Shown: in pieces, positions 34,556 to 44,465 of the stretch
How the letters are laid out: each line of letters begins with the position of its first letter
How positions within the stretch are numbered: the stretch's first letter is position 1
Assembly: GCA_050250895.1 (NCBI GenBank)
Contig: JBFWNU010000002.1
Span: 695,659 to 759,658 of the forward strand
Origin: Vulcanimicrobiota bacterium
Lineage (GTDB): Bacteria > Vulcanimicrobiota > Xenobia > Xenobiales > JADMJV01
Direction of reading: 5' to 3'
DNA length: 64,000 bases
Translations under genes and position numbers: made by a program
Notes under the pieces: model-generated
Told to the model about the DNA's origin: nothing
Database searches by the model: none
The model's input: only the letters and a program-made list of their open reading frames with translations

Positions 34556-35775
34556 TGAGTGAGGCAAGCACTGTCACGATGCCGCATCCCCCCGAAGACT
34601 CGGGGCTGACCGTCATCAACATGGGTCCCCAGCATCCGTCCACCCACGGAGTGCTGCGCCTGGTCTTGACCCTCGATGGCGAGCGAGTGGTGCGTTCCGA
34701 GCCCGACATCGGCTATCTCCACACCGGCATCGAAAAGCAGGCTGAAGTGAAGACCTACAACCAGGCCCTCACCTTGACCGACCGGATGGACTATCTGGCT
34801 CCGTTGTCCAACAATCTGGGGTTTTCGCTGGCGGTCGAGCGATTGCTGGGAGTCGAAGTGCCCGAGCGGGTGTCTCACATCCGGGTGCTGCTGGCCGAAC
34901 TCCAACGAATCGCATCGCACATGGTCTGGCTCGGCACCTCGGGCCTGGATGCAGGAGCCATGAGCATGTTCTTATACTGCTTCCAAGAGCGAGAGTACAT
35001 CCTCGATCTCTTTGAAGCCGTCTCGGGCGTGCGCATGATGACATCGTATATCATGCCGGGCGGCCTGATGGCCGATCTGGTGCCCGATTTTCTGCCCAAA
35101 GTGGCCAAAGTGCTCGACCATCTCGATTCCAAGATGTCGATGTACTATAACCTGCTCGAGAACAATCCCATCTGGATTGACCGCACCAAGGGCATCGGGG
35201 TGCTCTCGCCCGAAATGGCGGTCGATTATTGCATCACCGGCCCGGTGGCCCGAGCCAGCGGCATCGATATCGACATTCGCAAAAAGATGCCTTACTCGGC
35301 TTACGCCGATTACGATTTCTCGGTGCCGATTCGCAAAGAAGGCGATGCCTATGCTCGCTACATGGTGCGGATGGAAGAGATGGACCAGTCGCTGGCCATC
35401 TGTCGACAGGCGCTCAAAAAGATCGACCCGCCCGGTCCAGGGGTGCCCTACCGCACCGACCAGCGCAAAGTCGTGCCGCCGCCAAAGTACGAGATTACCT
35501 ATTCGATGGAATCGCTGATCCATCACTTCAAGCTTTTCACCGAGGGCTATTCCCCACCGGCCGGAGAGGTCTATCAGCGGGTCGAGGGGCCGCGCGGCGA
35601 GGTGGGCTTTCACATGGTCAGCGACGGGACCAACAAGCCCTATAGGATGCGGGTTCGCACCCCGTCGTTCACTAACGTTCAGCTGGTCCCCGAGCTGATC
35701 AAGGACGTGCTGCTGGCTGACGTGGTGGTAGTGCTGGCCAGTATCGATTTCGTGCTGGGAGATTGCGACCGCTAG
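34555..35775 (+). CDS. nuoD: NADH-quinone oxidoreductase subunit D
   Basis: NMGPQHPSTHGVLRL, GYLH and C-terminal GDCDR; TAATG overlap. Confidence 0.96.
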   Translation: MSEASTVTMPHPPEDSGLTVINMGPQHPSTHGVLRLVLTLDGERVVRSEPDIGYLHTGIEKQAEVKTYNQALTLTDRMDYLAPLSNNLGFSLAVERLLGVEVPERVSHIRVLLAELQRIASHMVWLGTSGLDAGAMSMFLYCFQEREYILDLFEAVSGVRMMTSYIMPGGLMADLVPDFLPKVAKVLDHLDSKMSMYYNLLENNPIWIDRTKGIGVLSPEMAVDYCITGPVARASGIDIDIRKKMPYSAYADYDFSVPIRKEGDAYARYMVRMEEMDQSLAICRQALKKIDPPGPGVPYRTDQRKVVPPPKYEITYSMESLIHHFKLFTEGYSPPAGEVYQRVEGPRGEVGFHMVSDGTNKPYRMRVRTPSFTNVQLVPELIKDVLLADVVVVLASIDFVLGDCDR

Positions 35776-35792
35776 TCGCCAAGTGAGGTATC

Positions 35793-36332
35793 GTGAGTTC
35801 CGATTTGCATGTTCTATCGCCCGCTACCCGGGCTCGCATCGAAGAATTGATGGCGCGCTATCCCAAGCCCCGCTCGGCCATCCTGCCGGCGCTACACGCC
35901 GTGCAAGAAGAGCTGGGCTGGTGCCCTGAAGAGGCTCAGGCCGAGGTGGCCGAGATGTTCGGTATGCCGGCCGCCGAGGTGCGCTCGCTGGTGACCTTCT
36001 ACTATATGTATCACCGCCAGCCTGTAGGTCGGCACGTCATCAAGATCTGTCGCTCCATCTCGTGCTGGCTGCGAGGCTCAGAGCGGCTGCAGAAGCAGCT
36101 CGAAGACGAGCTCGGCATCGGTCTGGGCGAGACCACCGCTGACGGCGCCTTCAGTCTGGTCGGGGGCGAATGCCTGGCCGGCTGCTGCGGGGCGCCCGTC
36201 CTGCAGATTAACGACCGCTTTTTCGAGAACGCCGAGGAAGATCGGGTCAAGGCGTTGCTCAAAGAATTGCGCGCCGGTTCTGACCGGTATCCCAAAGCTC
36301 CCCAATCGTGGTCCGCGAAAGGGGAGAAGTGA
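35793..36332 (+). CDS. nuoE: NADH-quinone oxidoreductase subunit E
   Basis: CRSISC and ECLAGC 2Fe-2S ligands. Confidence 0.94.
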   Translation: MSSDLHVLSPATRARIEELMARYPKPRSAILPALHAVQEELGWCPEEAQAEVAEMFGMPAAEVRSLVTFYYMYHRQPVGRHVIKICRSISCWLRGSERLQKQLEDELGIGLGETTADGAFSLVGGECLAGCCGAPVLQINDRFFENAEEDRVKALLKELRAGSDRYPKAPQSWSAKGEK

Positions 36333-37615
36333 TGGGCGAGAAGCGTGTCTTATTCGAGTTTCGTGATGTGCCCGACATGCACACCCTGAAGGCTTACCAA
36401 AAGAAGGGCGGCTACAAAGGTCTCAAAGCGGCTCTCAAGATGAGCCCCGAGGACCTGATCGAATACATCAAAGCCTCGGGACTGCGGGGCCGGGGAGGGG
36501 CTGGCTTTCCCACCGGCCTCAAATGGAGCTTCGTGCCCAAGAATCCGGGCAAGCCGAAGTATCTTTGCGTCAACGCTGACGAGTCCGAACCGGGAACCTG
36601 CAAAGACCGTGAGCTGATCACCTATCTGCCCCACCAACTGGTGGAGGGCATCGTCATCTGCTGCTATGCGGTGGGGATCGAGCGCGCTTTCATCTACATC
36701 CGCGGCGAGATGTTCGAGGCGGCCCAGATTCTGGAAGAAGCCGTCAAAGAAGCCTATGACGCTGGATTCTTGGGCGAGAATATCCTCAAAAGCAAGTTCA
36801 ATCTCGACTTGCTGGTGCATCGCGGTGCCGGCGCCTACATTTGCGGGGAAGAATCGGCGCTGCTGTCGTCACTTGAAGGCGAGCGGGGTTTTCCGCGCTT
36901 GAAACCGCCCTTCCCGGCCGTCGAGGGCCTTTACGCCTGTCCCACCGTCATCAATAACGTCGAGACGCTTTCGACCCTGCCGGCGATCATGCGGATGGGC
37001 GCCGAGACTTATGCCACCCTGGGCACCGAAAAAAGCAAGGGAACCCGCCTATTCTCGCTATCCGGGCACGTAAAGAAGCCGGGCAACTACGAGTTGGAAC
37101 TGGGCACCACCATGCGCGAGCTCATCTATGATTTCGGCGGAGGAGTGCTGGGCGGCGAACTCAAGGCCATCATCCCGGGCGGGGCTTCGGCTCCATTGTT
37201 GACCCAAGAGCACCTCGATGTCAGTCTTGATTTCGAGGCCATCGCCGCGGCCGGCTCGATGGCCGGGTCCGGTGCTGTGGTCGTCATCAACGACCAGACT
37301 TGCATCGTCAAAGTCTGTCTCAATCTCGACGAGTTCTTCATGGAAGAATCTTGCGGAAAGTGCACCCCCTGCCGCGAGGGCACTAAGTGGCTGGTCGACA
37401 TCCTTCATCGGATGACCCACGGCCACGGCCGCAAGGCAGACATCGCCCTGCTCGAGTCGGTGTGCGACAACCTTTGTGGCAAGTCGTTCTGCCCGCTGGG
37501 CGACTCGGCCACCTCGTGCATCACGAGTGCTTTCAAGTATTTTCGCGACGAGTTCGAGCACTATGTCGAGCACGGCTGTTCGAAACTCGATTCTAAATCC
37601 AAGGTGGCTCACTGA
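36332..37615 (+). CDS. nuoF: NADH-quinone oxidoreductase subunit F
   Basis: GRGGAGFPTG, NADESEPG, YICGEE and ESCGKCTPCREG motifs. Confidence 0.96.
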   Translation: MGEKRVLFEFRDVPDMHTLKAYQKKGGYKGLKAALKMSPEDLIEYIKASGLRGRGGAGFPTGLKWSFVPKNPGKPKYLCVNADESEPGTCKDRELITYLPHQLVEGIVICCYAVGIERAFIYIRGEMFEAAQILEEAVKEAYDAGFLGENILKSKFNLDLLVHRGAGAYICGEESALLSSLEGERGFPRLKPPFPAVEGLYACPTVINNVETLSTLPAIMRMGAETYATLGTEKSKGTRLFSLSGHVKKPGNYELELGTTMRELIYDFGGGVLGGELKAIIPGGASAPLLTQEHLDVSLDFEAIAAAGSMAGSGAVVVINDQTCIVKVCLNLDEFFMEESCGKCTPCREGTKWLVDILHRMTHGHGRKADIALLESVCDNLCGKSFCPLGDSATSCITSAFKYFRDEFEHYVEHGCSKLDSKSKVAH

Positions 37616-40065
37616 TGTCGGATCTCGTCAACATCGTGATGGACGGCCAGGCCATGGCCGTGCCCAAAGGAACTCTGCTGGTGGAAGCCGCCCGCGAGAT
37701 CGGCATCGAGATTCCTGTTTATTGTTATCACCCCAAGCTCAAGCCGGTGGGCGCCTGTCGTGTCTGTGCCGTCTACGTTGAAAATCAGCGGCGGCCGATC
37801 ATGACCGCCTGTACCACCACGGTCATGGAAGGCATGGTGGTGCATACCCGCAATTCCGAGGCCATCCAGGCTCGCGAGGGCGTGCTCGAGTTCTTGCTGA
37901 TCAACCACCCTCTCGATTGCCCGGTGTGCGATCGCGGGGGCGAGTGCGACCTGCAGGATTTCACCATGCGCTACGGCCCCCCGACTACCCGTTTTGTCGA
38001 GGCCAAGCGGCATTTCGAAAAGTCGAAGGTCATTGGCCGAAACGTGGTGCTCGACCGTGAGCGCTGCATCATGTGCCAGCGCTGTGTGCGCTTTTGCAGC
38101 GAGGTGGCCGAGGACGAGAACGGTCTGGTCATCATCGAGCGGGGGGCCCGCTCTGAAATCGGGACCTTCGAGGGTCGCTCCTTCGACAGCCAGTTCTCGG
38201 GCAACACCATCGAGATCTGTCCGGTGGGCGCCCTCACCTCGCGCACTTATCGATTCAAAGCCCGACCCTGGGAGCTACAGCACTTCGAAGGCGTGTGCAC
38301 CCACTGTTCGCTGGGCTGCAACCTGACGGTCGATGTCCGTTTTGACGAGGTGGCCCGTTTTCGCTCACGCTGCAACGACGCCATCGACGACGGCTGGCTG
38401 TGCGATCGCGGTCGCTATGGTTTTGGCGGAGTCACGGCCGAGAACAGGCTGCTGACCCCGCTGGTGCGCCGCGACGGCGAACTTAAGCAAGCCACCTGGG
38501 ACGAGGCCCTCGAAGTGGCCGCGGCCGGCCTCGAGAAGGCCAACAAGGTCGGAGCCGTGGCCGGACCAGCCCTCTCCAACGAGGGCGCTTTCACGCTGGC
38601 CGGCCTGATTCGCGGCGGTTTCTCGAGCGGGCATCTCGACCATCGTCGCGGACCCGCCTACGATGGGCGACCAGTCCCGACCGGACGCATCCAGGCTCTG
38701 GACAAAGCCAGCGCCATCGTGCTGCTGGGTTGCGACCCGACCGCCACCCACCCGGTGCTCGACTTGCGCATCAAGAAGGGCGTAAACGCCGGAGCTTCGC
38801 TGGTGGTCATTCACCCCGGGCAGGCCGGCCTGGAGCGATTCGCCCGCGTGATCTTGCGCGGCGAGGTGGCCGAAATCGGCGACCAGCTGGCCCAAGGCCG
38901 TCAGGGTCACACTCCCGCCGAGCCGGAAGCTTTGCGGCGTCCGTGCCCCCGCCCCTGGGAACCGGGCGGCCGGCACTCCGACTCGCTCGACGAGGCGCTC
39001 GAAACCCTGGCCGTCTCGAATCGCGTGGTGGTGGTCGTGCACGAAGACAGCCCTGTCGAGGTCTTTCAGGCAGCCGAACGACTGGTGGCAAGCTGCGGGT
39101 GCGAGGGCGAATTCGGCCTGCTGGTACTGGGCTGCGGGGCCAACTCGCAAGGGCTCAAGGAGATGGGCGTATTGCCGCACCTGGGACCGGGTCTGGTCGA
39201 GCTCAAAGAGGCCGTCTTCGAACCCTGGGGAGACTATTCCAAAGCCGAGGGCAAGAGCTATCAAGAGCTGGTCGAGGCTAAGCTCGATGCCCTGATCGTG
39301 GTCGAAGACGACTGTCTGGCCGGGACCAAGAAGAAGAGTGACTTCCTGGTGGTCCTAAGCGTTCACGCCAACGCCACCACCGAGCAGGCCGACGTGGTGC
39401 TGCCTGTGTGCCACTGGCTCGAGCAGACTCAGACTTTCACCAATAGTGACCGAATGGTGCAGCTGTCTCGCCAGGCTGTGGCTCCGGCCGGCGAGTCGCG
39501 GCCGGCCTGGCAAGCCCTGGCTAGTCTGGGCCGGGTCATGGGCAAAGGGCCCGAACTGGCCAGCGCCCGGGCTGTCTACGCTCTCATCGGCCGGCACAAT
39601 CCGCTCTATCAGGGGGCCAGCTATCGCGACTTCACCGGTCCCGCGGGTCATCACTGGTCCTATCCTCAGCAGGGTAAACTGGGGACTCCCAGACCCGACC
39701 TTTCGGCCATTCCGGTGAGTTCGCCCGACGCTCCGCCGTGGATAGCCACCGAAGCCACCGGTAGCCGCGTGGAGCGGGTGGCCCGGATACTCTCTGGCGA
39801 CCAACCGCCGGCCGTGCCCGGGCAACACGACCCGCGCCAGGTGGCTCGTCTGTTCGGCCTCGAGGCCCCTCAGAGCGAACTCGAGCCGGCCGAGGCGGCC
39901 TATGTGCCGTTGCGCGTCATTCAGGGCCAGTCGGTTCAGCCGCCCGGCCCGAGCCCGGCCATTCGCTACCATCGCTTTGGCGTCGGACCCAAGACCACCG
40001 ACCGCATGCCGGCCCCGGCCGTCGAACTCGAGGCCGAAGCCGCCGCCGAAGAGGTGGGCTCATGA
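37615..40065 (+). CDS. nuoG: NADH-quinone oxidoreductase subunit G
   Basis: CYHP...GACRVC, HPLDCPVCD, CIMCQRC and CTHCSLGC (N7-type) motifs. Confidence 0.95.
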   Translation: MSDLVNIVMDGQAMAVPKGTLLVEAAREIGIEIPVYCYHPKLKPVGACRVCAVYVENQRRPIMTACTTTVMEGMVVHTRNSEAIQAREGVLEFLLINHPLDCPVCDRGGECDLQDFTMRYGPPTTRFVEAKRHFEKSKVIGRNVVLDRERCIMCQRCVRFCSEVAEDENGLVIIERGARSEIGTFEGRSFDSQFSGNTIEICPVGALTSRTYRFKARPWELQHFEGVCTHCSLGCNLTVDVRFDEVARFRSRCNDAIDDGWLCDRGRYGFGGVTAENRLLTPLVRRDGELKQATWDEALEVAAAGLEKANKVGAVAGPALSNEGAFTLAGLIRGGFSSGHLDHRRGPAYDGRPVPTGRIQALDKASAIVLLGCDPTATHPVLDLRIKKGVNAGASLVVIHPGQAGLERFARVILRGEVAEIGDQLAQGRQGHTPAEPEALRRPCPRPWEPGGRHSDSLDEALETLAVSNRVVVVVHEDSPVEVFQAAERLVASCGCEGEFGLLVLGCGANSQGLKEMGVLPHLGPGLVELKEAVFEPWGDYSKAEGKSYQELVEAKLDALIVVEDDCLAGTKKKSDFLVVLSVHANATTEQADVVLPVCHWLEQTQTFTNSDRMVQLSRQAVAPAGESRPAWQALASLGRVMGKGPELASARAVYALIGRHNPLYQGASYRDFTGPAGHHWSYPQQGKLGTPRPDLSAIPVSSPDAPPWIATEATGSRVERVARILSGDQPPAVPGQHDPRQVARLFGLEAPQSELEPAEAAYVPLRVIQGQSVQPPGPSPAIRYHRFGVGPKTTDRMPAPAVELEAEAAAEEVGS

Positions 40066-41156
40066 CCCTGGCCGCTTTTATCGATGTGGCACTGCGCTCG
40101 CTGGTGACCTGTGTGGCGCTGCTCTCTGGCTTTGGCCTGATGACCCTGGTCGAGCGGCGCCTGATCGCTCGCTTTCAGTGGCGCCAGGGCCCCAACCGGG
40201 TAGGACCGGGCGGCATCTTGCAGCCGGCCGCCGACGGCCTCAAGTTGCTCTTCAAAGAGCAGCTGATGCCGGCTGACGCCAAGCCGTTCCTCTTTCTGAT
40301 CGCGCCCTGCATCTCGCTGACGGTGGCCCTGACCTCGTTTGCCGTGATCCCGCTGCAGACCGAGCCGTGGAAGGTGGCCGGTTACGAGATCGCGCCTTAC
40401 ATTGCCGATCTCAATGTGGGGGTGCTCTTCCTGTTAGGCATCACTTCGCTGGGCGTCTATGGCATCGTCCTGGGAGGCTGGGCCTCGGGCAACAAGTATT
40501 CTCTCATCGGAGGCATTCGTTCCAGCGCCCAGATGGTCAGTTACGAGCTGGCCATGGGGACTGCCCTGCTCTCGCCTCTGATGATGGTCGGCAGCCTCTC
40601 GCTGGTCGACATCGCCAACTATCAGAGCCAGAATTCCTGGCTGGTCGTGCCGCAGTTTTTGGCCTTCGTGCTCTTTTGCATTTCGGCCATTGCCGAGACC
40701 AACCGCGCGCCCTTCGACTTGCCCGAAGCCGAGCAAGAACTCGGGGCGGGCTTTCACACCGAGTACAGCGGCATGCGCTTTGCGCTGTTTTTCATGGCCG
40801 AATACACGGCCATGTTCACGGTCAGCGCGGTGGCTACGACGGTCTTTCTGGGCGGGCCTCACATGCCGTTCCTACCTTCCAGTGTGCTCTGGTTCGTGGC
40901 CAAGATCGCCTTTTTCATGTTCGTCTACATCTGGTTGCGCGCGACTTTGCCTCGCTTTCGCTACGACCAGCTGATGCGCATCGGGTGGCAGGCCCTACTG
41001 CCGATGGGCGTGATGAACCTGGTGGTGACGGCCGTGGGGGTCGTGCTGGGTTGGAGCCACACCGGCTTTGGACTGGCCATTTTGGGCATGGTGCTGGGGC
41101 TCTATCTGGTGGGCAAAATGAATCGCGTCAAACGACAGGAGTTGGCTCATGGATAA
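40062..41156 (+). CDS. nuoH: NADH-quinone oxidoreductase subunit H
   Basis: GPNRVG, AETNRAPFDLPEAE and TLPRFRYDQL motifs. Confidence 0.96.
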   Translation: MTLAAFIDVALRSLVTCVALLSGFGLMTLVERRLIARFQWRQGPNRVGPGGILQPAADGLKLLFKEQLMPADAKPFLFLIAPCISLTVALTSFAVIPLQTEPWKVAGYEIAPYIADLNVGVLFLLGITSLGVYGIVLGGWASGNKYSLIGGIRSSAQMVSYELAMGTALLSPLMMVGSLSLVDIANYQSQNSWLVVPQFLAFVLFCISAIAETNRAPFDLPEAEQELGAGFHTEYSGMRFALFFMAEYTAMFTVSAVATTVFLGGPHMPFLPSSVLWFVAKIAFFMFVYIWLRATLPRFRYDQLMRIGWQALLPMGVMNLVVTAVGVVLGWSHTGFGLAILGMVLGLYLVGKMNRVKRQELAHG

Positions 41157-41736
41157 AGTGGTTGATGATCTGATTGCGCTGGGCAAGGGTCTTTCCATCA
41201 CCTTTCGCAATCTGCTCGAGAAGCCCGTCACCAAGCAGTACCCTGAAGAAAAGCGTCAGGTGCCCAACCGCACTCGAGGGCGCCATGTGCTGCATCGGTA
41301 TGAAGACGGGCTGGAGCGCTGCGTTGGTTGTCTGCTTTGCCAGGGCACTTGTCCGGCCGGAGCCATCTATATCGAGCCCGAAGAGAACTCCAAGGACGAC
41401 CCCGTCTCGAAGGGCGAGCGGCACGCTCGGGTTTTCGACGTCGATCTTTTGCGCTGTATCTATTGCGGCCATTGTGAGCTGGCCTGCCCCACCAACGCCA
41501 TCACTCTCGAGAACAACACGGCCATCGCTGGCTTTAGTCGCGAGTCGCTGCTGATGCACAAAGAAGATCTGCTCGAGCCCGCCGGGAAGGCCACGCTCGG
41601 CACCACCGTCTACTGGGATCCCGAGCCGCCTGAGGAAATCAAGAAGAAGACACCGATCCATACCGGCAAGTTCGATGGCTCGGCCACTTCGGCGGCCGCT
41701 GTCGGTCGGGGAGACCTGGAGTTGTCGGAGTCGTAG
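41149..41736 (+). CDS. nuoI: NADH-quinone oxidoreductase subunit I
   Basis: CVGCLLCQGTCP and CIYCGHCELACP. Confidence 0.95.
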   Translation: MDKVVDDLIALGKGLSITFRNLLEKPVTKQYPEEKRQVPNRTRGRHVLHRYEDGLERCVGCLLCQGTCPAGAIYIEPEENSKDDPVSKGERHARVFDVDLLRCIYCGHCELACPTNAITLENNTAIAGFSRESLLMHKEDLLEPAGKATLGTTVYWDPEPPEEIKKKTPIHTGKFDGSATSAAAVGRGDLELSES

Positions 41737-41737
41737 C

Positions 41738-42238
41738 ATGCTGCAAGACGTGGGGATGTGGCTCTTGGGAGCCCTGGTTTTGTTATCTGGAGTAGGGGTC
41801 GTGGCGGCGCCGAGCGCTGTTTATGCCGCTCTTTTTCTCACTTTGAACCTGCTCGGCATCGCGGTCTTGTTCTTGACCTTGTCGTCGCAGTTCATGGCCG
41901 TGGCCCAACTGTTGATCTATGCGGGCGCGGTGATGGTCGTCTTTTTGTTCGCGGTGACCGTACTGGCCCCCGACGACGAGGTGGACTCGGCCGCCGAGAC
42001 CCGTCCGGTGCGTCTGGGTGGCCTGACGGCCGGAGGCCTGTTGGCGCTCGGATTGGCCACCACGCTGGTATTGGGCGGTCCCGTTGGCGGGTCGGTGGCC
42101 CAGGGGCCCGGCACCGCCCAGGAGTTTGCCATGGCTTTGTTCGGACGATTCTTGCTGCCCTTTGAAGGAACGGCCTTCTTGTTGCTGGTGGCCCTCATGG
42201 CGGCGGTCATTCTGGGTGTTCATCGGGGGCGCAAGTGA
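41738..42238 (+). CDS. nuoJ: NADH-quinone oxidoreductase subunit J
   Basis: [15 protein letters not shown] and LLPFE motifs. Confidence 0.93.
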   Translation: MLQDVGMWLLGALVLLSGVGVVAAPSAVYAALFLTLNLLGIAVLFLTLSSQFMAVAQLLIYAGAVMVVFLFAVTVLAPDDEVDSAAETRPVRLGGLTAGGLLALGLATTLVLGGPVGGSVAQGPGTAQEFAMALFGRFLLPFEGTAFLLLVALMAAVILGVHRGRK

Positions 42239-42564
42239 TCGAGAATCCGCAGTTCTATCTGCTCATCAGCGCCTTCCTTTTTGGCCTTGGGGCGGTGGGC
42301 GTCGTGGTTCGACGTAACCCTCTGGTCATGTTTATGTGCATCGAGTTGATGCTTAACGCGTCCAATCTCGCTCTGGTCACTTTTTCAAAGTTTGGAGCGG
42401 CCTCGGCCCACGCCATGGGCAGTCCGGCCGACGGCCCGATCTTCGCCTTCATCGTGATGACCATCGCGGCAGCTGAGGCTGTGGTCGGTTTGGCCATCAT
42501 CATCACCATCTTTCGAACCAGGCACGAAGTCGACGTCGACCACCTGGGCGCTCTGAAGGGTTAG
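42235..42564 (+). CDS. nuoK: NADH-quinone oxidoreductase subunit K
   Basis: IELMLN and [10 protein letters not shown] motifs. Confidence 0.95.
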   Translation: MIENPQFYLLISAFLFGLGAVGVVVRRNPLVMFMCIELMLNASNLALVTFSKFGAASAHAMGSPADGPIFAFIVMTIAAAEAVVGLAIIITIFRTRHEVDVDHLGALKG

Positions 42565-42569
42565 CGAGC

Positions 42570-44465
42570 ATGGATGCAATCTGGTTGATACTCTTGCTGC
42601 CGCTGTTGGGCGCACTCCTCTGCGGCTCCCTCAGCCGATCCCTGGGCCGGGTGGGGGTTGGTCTGGTCGCCTGCGTGGCGGTGGGAGGTGCCTTTCTGGT
42701 AGCGGCCTCGAACGCCCTGAACTTGTGGTGGAGCGGCAATCCCGCCGCCACCGAAGTGGTGGCCTGGAACTGGATGAGCGTCCCGACGTCATTGTTTGAC
42801 GGTCGTATGCGGATGATGAGCGTAGACTTCGGGGCCTACATCGATCCGCTCTCCAGCGTCATGCTGTGCGTGATTACCGGCGTCGGTTTCTTGATTCACT
42901 GGTTTTCCACCGAGTACATGGAGGACGAACCCGACTACGGGCGGTTCTTCACCTACCTGAATCTTTTCGTGGCCGCGATGAGCTTGCTGGTGATGGCCAA
43001 CAACTTCATCGTGCTGCTCATCGGTTGGGGCGGCGTAGGCTTTGCCTCTTACGGCTTGATCGGCTTCTGGAACTTCAAACCTTCGGCCGCCGCCGCCGCG
43101 CGCAAAGCGTTTGTCATCAACGTCATCGGCGACGTCGGGCTGATGGTGGCCATCTTCCTGATGGCCTGGATCTGGGGCAGCACCGACTTCAGCGTGGTGC
43201 TGCACGGACCCGAACTGGTCGCTCCCGCCGAGGGCGAGTCCAATCCGGTCTTTCCCCTCACGCAGGCCATCGCCGTGTTTTTGCTGGTGGCTGCCTATGC
43301 CAAGTCGGCCCAACTGCCTCTGCATACCTGGTTGCCTGACGCCATGGAGGGTCCGACGCCCGTTTCGGCGCTGATTCACGCCGCTACCATGGTGACTGCC
43401 GGCGTCTATCTGGTGGTTCGCTCTCACGTCTTCTTCGAAGCCTGGCCCAACGTGCAAATGTGGGTGGTGACGATGGGGCTCTTCACGGCCGTCGTGGCGG
43501 CCACGGCCGCCATGGTCCAGACCGACCTCAAGAGGGTGCTGGCCTACTCGACCATGAGCCAGCTGGGCTATATGTTCATGGCCGCCGGAGTGGGCGCCTA
43601 TTCGGCCGCCATCTTTCACCTCGTCACCCACGCCTTTTTCAAAGCCCTGTTGTTCTTGTCGGCCGGTATCGTGATTCATGCCGCCCACGGCGAGCAAGAC
43701 ATGCGCAAGCTGGGGGGCCTGGGCCCGAAGATGCCTACGGTGGCCTTCCTGTTCGGGGTGGGCGGACTGTGTCTGGCCGGCTTTCCCCTGACCTCAGGCT
43801 TCTTCAGTAAAGAGGCCATTCTCCTGGCGGTCGAGCACTCGCCGTTGCCGCTGGCACCTATGTTTTACTACGGAGGGGCTTTGACCGCCGTGTTGACGGC
43901 CTACTATACAGCCCGAGCCTACTTTATGACCTTTCACGGACCTTCCCACTTCGAGCATAAGCTGCATCCATCGGGCGCTCCCATGGTGATCAGTTGCTTA
44001 TGCCTGGCCATCCTGGCCCTGGGGGCCGGTTGGGGACAGGCCTCGTTCTCGGTCTTCATGGCGCCCACCCACGAGGTCGAGCACGTGCCTCTCTTCGGCA
44101 TCCTGCCGGTGCTGGTGATCGCGGCCCTGGCGCTGGGTTACCATCTGCACGGCCGCAGTGACTCCACTGACTGGGCCTCGGCCAACGAGGATATGATGGC
44201 CTACTTCCGCTCGGGTTGGCGATTTGACGAACTCTACACGATGATGAGCACGGGCACCAAGAAGCTCAGCGGGATGCTCGCGACCGCGGTCGACACCGCC
44301 TTCGGCGAAGCCATTCCAGACTTTCTGGGTCGAGGCGCGACCGGTTTGGCAGGGGCGCTGACCCACATGCAGTCGGGCCAACTCAGGCACTATGCACTGA
44401 TGCTGATGGTGACCGTCTTCTTGTTCCTGATATGCAACCTGTTGACGGGAGGTGCCTGGCTATGA
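42570..44465 (+). CDS. nuoL: NADH-quinone oxidoreductase subunit L
   Basis: KSAQLPLHTWLPDAMEGPTPVSALIHAATMV and HAFFKALLF motifs. Confidence 0.96.
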   Translation: MDAIWLILLLPLLGALLCGSLSRSLGRVGVGLVACVAVGGAFLVAASNALNLWWSGNPAATEVVAWNWMSVPTSLFDGRMRMMSVDFGAYIDPLSSVMLCVITGVGFLIHWFSTEYMEDEPDYGRFFTYLNLFVAAMSLLVMANNFIVLLIGWGGVGFASYGLIGFWNFKPSAAAAARKAFVINVIGDVGLMVAIFLMAWIWGSTDFSVVLHGPELVAPAEGESNPVFPLTQAIAVFLLVAAYAKSAQLPLHTWLPDAMEGPTPVSALIHAATMVTAGVYLVVRSHVFFEAWPNVQMWVVTMGLFTAVVAATAAMVQTDLKRVLAYSTMSQLGYMFMAAGVGAYSAAIFHLVTHAFFKALLFLSAGIVIHAAHGEQDMRKLGGLGPKMPTVAFLFGVGGLCLAGFPLTSGFFSKEAILLAVEHSPLPLAPMFYYGGALTAVLTAYYTARAYFMTFHGPSHFEHKLHPSGAPMVISCLCLAILALGAGWGQASFSVFMAPTHEVEHVPLFGILPVLVIAALALGYHLHGRSDSTDWASANEDMMAYFRSGWRFDELYTMMSTGTKKLSGMLATAVDTAFGEAIPDFLGRGATGLAGALTHMQSGQLRHYALMLMVTVFLFLICNLLTGGAWL

